Source: an uncultured Oligoflexus sp. (GTDB taxonomy: Bacteria > Bdellovibrionota_B > Oligoflexia > Oligoflexales > Oligoflexaceae). From it: DNA of 11,983 nt. Location: contig CAXSGP010000125.1 in the NCBI GenBank assembly GCA_964236955.1, positions 1 through 11,983 of the forward strand, given 5' to 3'. Under the pieces are notes generated by a model. That model saw nothing but the letters and a program-made list of their open reading frames with translations, was not told the origin of the DNA and did no database searches. This document shows, piece after piece, positions 8,962-11,983 of the stretch. A program made the position numbers and the translations under genes. The first letter of the stretch is position 1; every line of letters starts with the position of its first letter.

Positions 8962-9216
8962 ATGATCAAAATCCTAGCGAGAAACCCGGAACAATACGCT
9001 CGCTTACTTGAGGTCAATCCTATTTTGAAGCCTAAAAATAAGACTACTCAAGAGAACTACGAAATTCTCAAAGCCTTAAATTATCACCCTTCAAAGATTT
9101 CAAAGAACCTCGGTAGAACCTTAGACTCGCTTCAACAAAATCATCCTGAATTATACGATCAACTGCTAGAAATCAAGCCGATTTTAAAACCTCGATCCAA
9201 AAAGCCTAGCAAGTAA
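8962..9216 (+). CDS. Small basic hypothetical protein with internal repeat and putative Fis-like HTH
   Basis: SD-like AAGGAAAGGA; repeated 'PEQYARLLEVNPILKP' / 'PELYDQLLEIKPILKP'; central 'LKALNYHPSKISKNLGRTLDSL'. Confidence 0.65.
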   Translation: MIKILARNPEQYARLLEVNPILKPKNKTTQENYEILKALNYHPSKISKNLGRTLDSLQQNHPELYDQLLEIKPILKPRSKKPSK

Positions 9217-9237
9217 CTCACACACAAAGACTTCCCC

Positions 9238-9774
9238 ATGACTCCCCTCGAACTCTTCGAATCCCAACTGTCACTTCCCAGAATCATAACGTATAAGATA
9301 GCTCGAAAATTTAAGCTTCAACCCCTCGTCGAAGATCTGACTCAAGAAGGCTTACTCGGACTTTGGCGCGCTGCGAACAAATTTGACTCTTCAAAAGAAG
9401 TGAAATTCCGGACCTTTGCGGAACATTTCATCCGGGGCGCGTGTTTAGAATACGTTCGCCAAAAAAGTGGGATCGTAAGAAAGTCAAAGGTAGGATTCTT
9501 TACAACTCCTTTCGTCGAATACGTAACCGACGATAGCCCTCAAGCGTTGACCATTCCTGCTAACGATCCTTTCCCCTTGATCGAACAAAGAGATCGACTC
9601 CGACGCCAATTAGAAGACCTCACCGAGCAAGAATTCACCGTAATTAGCCGTCTATTCGTCTTTGAGGATCACGATTCTTGGGCTCCTCGATTGTCGAACA
9701 TCCGGAAAAAAGAATACCTTCGAGTCAAGCGATCTGCGTTTGAGAAACTAGGGCTGCCCCTTAAAGGCTCTTGA
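9238..9774 (+). CDS. Compact sigma-70-family sigma factor (region 2 of FliA/SigF-like type, degenerate region 4)
   Basis: 'EDLTQEGLLGLWRAANKFDSSKEVKFRTFAEHFIRGACLEYVR' is a region-2 signature; 'LTEQEFTVI...RVKRSAFEKL' resembles region 4; no obvious region 3. Confidence 0.85.
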   Translation: MTPLELFESQLSLPRIITYKIARKFKLQPLVEDLTQEGLLGLWRAANKFDSSKEVKFRTFAEHFIRGACLEYVRQKSGIVRKSKVGFFTTPFVEYVTDDSPQALTIPANDPFPLIEQRDRLRRQLEDLTEQEFTVISRLFVFEDHDSWAPRLSNIRKKEYLRVKRSAFEKLGLPLKGS

Positions 9775-10006
9775 AGAGCCGCTTCCGCTGCTACGCCTTT
9801 GGAAGGAAAATCCCGAGCCGCAAGATAGATTAAGAACGATTTTAGGGACCAATGCCTCAGGAGAGCAGTTGTCCTTTTCAAATCGAACGGAACTTTCAGA
9901 ATTTTTGGGAGTGAGTTTGATGCGAGTTCGAGAGATATTCAAAACTAAAGAGGAGATCGGGGGTTTCACTTGGTCTTACTTGAGAAATCCTAAATCCCTC
10001 CGATAA
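9752..10006 (+). CDS. Unannotated open frame encoding a NUMOD1/IENR1-like HTH domain; frameshifted tail of the sigma gene, or a 45-aa gene from TTG 9869
   Basis: Hand translation between TAG 9749-9751 and TAA 10004-10006: ...RTILGTNASGEQLSFSNRTELSEFLGVSLMRVREIFKTKEEIGGFTWSYLRNPKSLR. Confidence 0.65.
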   Translation, partial: GCPLKALEEPLPLLRLWKENPEPQDRLRTILGTNASGEQLSFSNRTELSEFLGVSLMRVREIFKTKEEIGGFTWSYLRNPKSLR

Positions 10007-10091
10007 AGTGGTAAATTACTCCTTGAAGGGCCTCGTCAACCCCTTTACATTACGTAACTTTTCCCAGTCTGATTAAAGTATAGTCAGAAAC

Positions 10092-10120
10092 TTGACATAA
10101 ACAAATAAAACTAGTAACTT
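10092..10120 (+). promoter_or_regulatory. Sigma-70-type promoter for the hicB-hicA operon
   Basis: TTGACA (10092-10097), 17-bp spacer, TAACTT (10115-10120), about 60 bp upstream of the hicB ATG. Confidence 0.7.
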
Positions 10121-10181
10121 AACCCTAAGGCTTTTAATCGGAAATGCCGATGAGAGTTTTGTAGGAAAACCAGGAGGCTAT

Positions 10182-10370
10182 ATGCATATCCAATTTCTTG
10201 TTGAAAAAGAAGAAGAGGGCTACTCGGCTAAAGCTGATGGGTATCCAATATTCACTCAAGGGGACACCTTTGAAGAGTTAAATTCTAATGCAAAAGAAGC
10301 TTTAAATTGTTTCTTTGAAAAACCTTTTGAAGGTTCGATGGATCTAACCGTTCGTCAGAAGGTCGGATGA
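10182..10370 (+). CDS. hicB: Short HicB-family antitoxin (no C-terminal DNA-binding domain)
   Basis: 'VEKEEEGYSA...IFTQGDTFEELNSNAKEAL' matches the HicB N-terminal pattern; SD AGGAGG; ATGA overlap with the downstream hicA. Confidence 0.85.
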   Translation: MHIQFLVEKEEEGYSAKADGYPIFTQGDTFEELNSNAKEALNCFFEKPFEGSMDLTVRQKVG

Positions 10371-10608
10371 AGATTCCGGCTAACGTGAACGGCCCTCGAT
10401 TGATTAAAGCCATATATAAACAATTCGGATATATTGTCAAAAGTACTGTTGGAAGCCATGTAAGCTTTCGAAACCAGACGGCTCTAAGCCCTTCACGGTG
10501 CTTACTCATAGGCCAATCAAAACAGGTACTCTCAGGAACATTATTGACCAGCTGGCAGAATACGAGGGCCTTTCAAAAGAAGAGGTTCTTAAAAAACTAG
10601 ACCTCTAA
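10367..10608 (+). pseudogene. hicA: HicA-family toxin interrupted by a frameshift at ~10471
   Basis: Frame 0 gives 'MKIP...FGYIVKSTVGSHVSFR' (GSH catalytic motif); the -1 frame continues 'KPDGSKPFTVLTHRPIKTGTLRNIIDQLAEYEGLSKEEVLKKLDL*' to TAA 10606-10608. Confidence 0.85.
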
Positions 10609-10636
10609 AGCAGCTTTTTGTACAGGCTGCTTTTTT
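10607..10636 (+). terminator. Intrinsic terminator of hicBA
   Basis: AAAGCAGC...GCTGCTTT stem running into TTTTTT, starting at the -1-frame hicA stop. Confidence 0.8.
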
Positions 10637-10664
10637 ATGTCTAGAGTTTCTTCAAGCTGAAATG

Positions 10665-10690
10665 AAAAAGGAGCCGGTTAAAGCTCCTTT
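10665..10690 (-). terminator. Intrinsic terminator of the convergent minus-strand unit
   Basis: Minus strand reads AAAGGAGC-TTTAACCG-GCTCCTTTTT, 6 nt after the stop codon at 10697. Confidence 0.8.
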
Positions 10691-10696
10691 GAAAGG

Positions 10697-11449
10697 TTAT
10701 TCGAGGTGACTACCGGGCTGAATGGGAACCCCTCCGCCGAAAGCGTGACCATTCGGGGGATCAGTGATGGTAGCGGTCCCTCCTGGATGAGGCGCGCCTT
10801 CCCATATAGTAGTTGTACCTCCATGTAGGCCCGACGTTCCTTCTCTACCGCCACCGCCACCTGCGGAGCTAGTAGCGCCGCCACTCACTTTGTCATTTTC
10901 CTCTTTAAGTTTCTTTTCTAGCTCCGCTCTTTCCTTTTTAAGCTGATTGTTGGTTCGACCTAAAGATTGACAAGCGAGTCCAGAGCCATAACATGTAATA
11001 AAAGCAATACCCCAACCAAAAGGACCCATACCTGCGCTGGCAAAGGGGCCACCAACACAAGCTACAAAAGAGCCGATTGCACACATTTGAGTATTTCGGC
11101 TCATCTCGTCATTGATGGATTGGATCTCCGCTTCGGTTATATCAGCACTGTGATAAGTGCGTTCCAATCCCGCTGCAACTAGACGCTGATAGTCCGCTTC
11201 CCGTAAGGTGGCAACTAAATCCCCAGATGGACCAACCTGAAAAATATCACCTAAGTGATAGCCGGGTAGAGGTTGTGACTCCCTAATAAGAGCAGCAAAC
11301 TGCCCGAACTTTGTAAATACTCCGACAGTGCAGCGGTCTGTTCCTGAGAGACAAACTTCAAAATATCTATTTCCACTTACCTCAAGCCCAAAGGCTTTGG
11401 GGGACACCAACAACAAAAACGTGAATAGAGACCAAACAAAATGTCTCAT
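10697..11449 (-). CDS. Secreted hypothetical protein with Cys-bracketed Gly-rich hydrophobic hairpin, coiled coil and Gly-rich tail
   Basis: Signal peptide 'MRHFVWSLFTFLLLVSPKAFG'; 250-aa open frame followed directly by a terminator; six Cys. Confidence 0.8.
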   Translation of the reverse strand: MRHFVWSLFTFLLLVSPKAFGLEVSGNRYFEVCLSGTDRCTVGVFTKFGQFAALIRESQPLPGYHLGDIFQVGPSGDLVATLREADYQRLVAAGLERTYHSADITEAEIQSINDEMSRNTQMCAIGSFVACVGGPFASAGMGPFGWGIAFITCYGSGLACQSLGRTNNQLKKERAELEKKLKEENDKVSGGATSSAGGGGGREGTSGLHGGTTTIWEGAPHPGGTATITDPPNGHAFGGGVPIQPGSHLE

Positions 11450-11670
11450 ATTTTTTTACCAGTTAGGGTCGAGATGAAATTGTACTTGTAAGACCAGTAA
11501 ATCACTTCGTTTATAAGAAGGGCTTTTATGTATATTTCAAGAAACCCCAACTGAAAGTAAGGTGGTAAGAAGGTGGACTCAGCTTCTATAGTCAAGACAA
11601 CAGAAGCAACAGCGCACAATAAAAGCAGTACCCATCTCAGGGCTCTAAAAAAGGGAAACACCGTTGCCAT
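11446..11670 (-). CDS. Small membrane protein (1-2 TM), translationally coupled to the secreted protein; start uncertain (ATG 11670 or TTG 11763)
   Basis: Hydrophobic 'WVLLLLCAVASVVLTI' and 'LGFLEIYIKALLINEVIYW'; stop overlaps the next ATG (ATGA, 11449-11446). No clear SD. Confidence 0.55.
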   Translation of the reverse strand: MATVFPFFRALRWVLLLLCAVASVVLTIEAESTFLPPYFQLGFLEIYIKALLINEVIYWSYKYNFISTLTGKKI

Positions 11671-11983
11671 AAATTTCAATCTTGGTGAAAATTTCGATGT
11701 ATCTAAGTTGAGTTTTTGCAAGGTATTGAATCCTTTTGAAAAGGGGAAAGTCGGTATTTTCAAAACTCACATGCCTATAAAAGGTACCACCTTAGGAGTC
11801 AATGAAAGACTTGCTCCGCTTGACTTTCACCGTCCTCAGACTGAGTAAAATTCCTTATTTGATTAGTAAAAAGTCAAGGAACTCGAAGCCTCTTGACCGA
11901 AATTTCTTCAGACAAAATCTGACCCTTTTAATGTGGGCCGTCGAAAACCTGCATAGCTTGACAGACCTGCGATGGGCCTATTT

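Larger units (their letters stand above)
8940..11983. mobile_element. AT-richer accessory island / possible prophage or mobile-element remnant (right end not in window)
   Basis: Composition shift (hand count: 35/60 GC at 8041-8100 versus 22/60 at 9001-9060), TA module, orphan sigma, two frameshifts. No integrase or att site seen. Confidence 0.5.

Noticed and set aside
11819..11878. 9-bp inverted repeat CTTGACTTT/AAAGTCAAG resembling facing -35 boxes
   Set aside because: No well-spaced -10 on either strand, and the downstream context is cut off by the window end.

Overview
Bacterial chromosomal window with two compositionally different parts. Bases ~1000-8711 are ordinary GC-richer genes: an OmpR-family response regulator plus sensor kinase, dbpA, a SCO1/SenC copper protein, a single-domain receiver that appears to start at ATT, rlmN and a NagD-like HAD-IIA hydrolase. 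A 41-bp inverted-repeat (REP-doublet-like) element at 8788-8917 marks the switch to an AT-richer accessory island (~8940-end). The island holds a small HTH/repeat protein, a compact sigma-70-family gene followed by an unannotated NUMOD1-like HTH frame one base out of register, a short hicB followed by a frameshifted hicA, and a convergent pair encoding a small membrane protein and a secreted Cys/Gly-rich protein. No integrase, tRNA, rRNA or CRISPR array was seen. The HTH-sigma-NUMOD1 module and the secreted-protein pair are the best candidates for something undescribed, but both are inferences from motif recognition without database searches.
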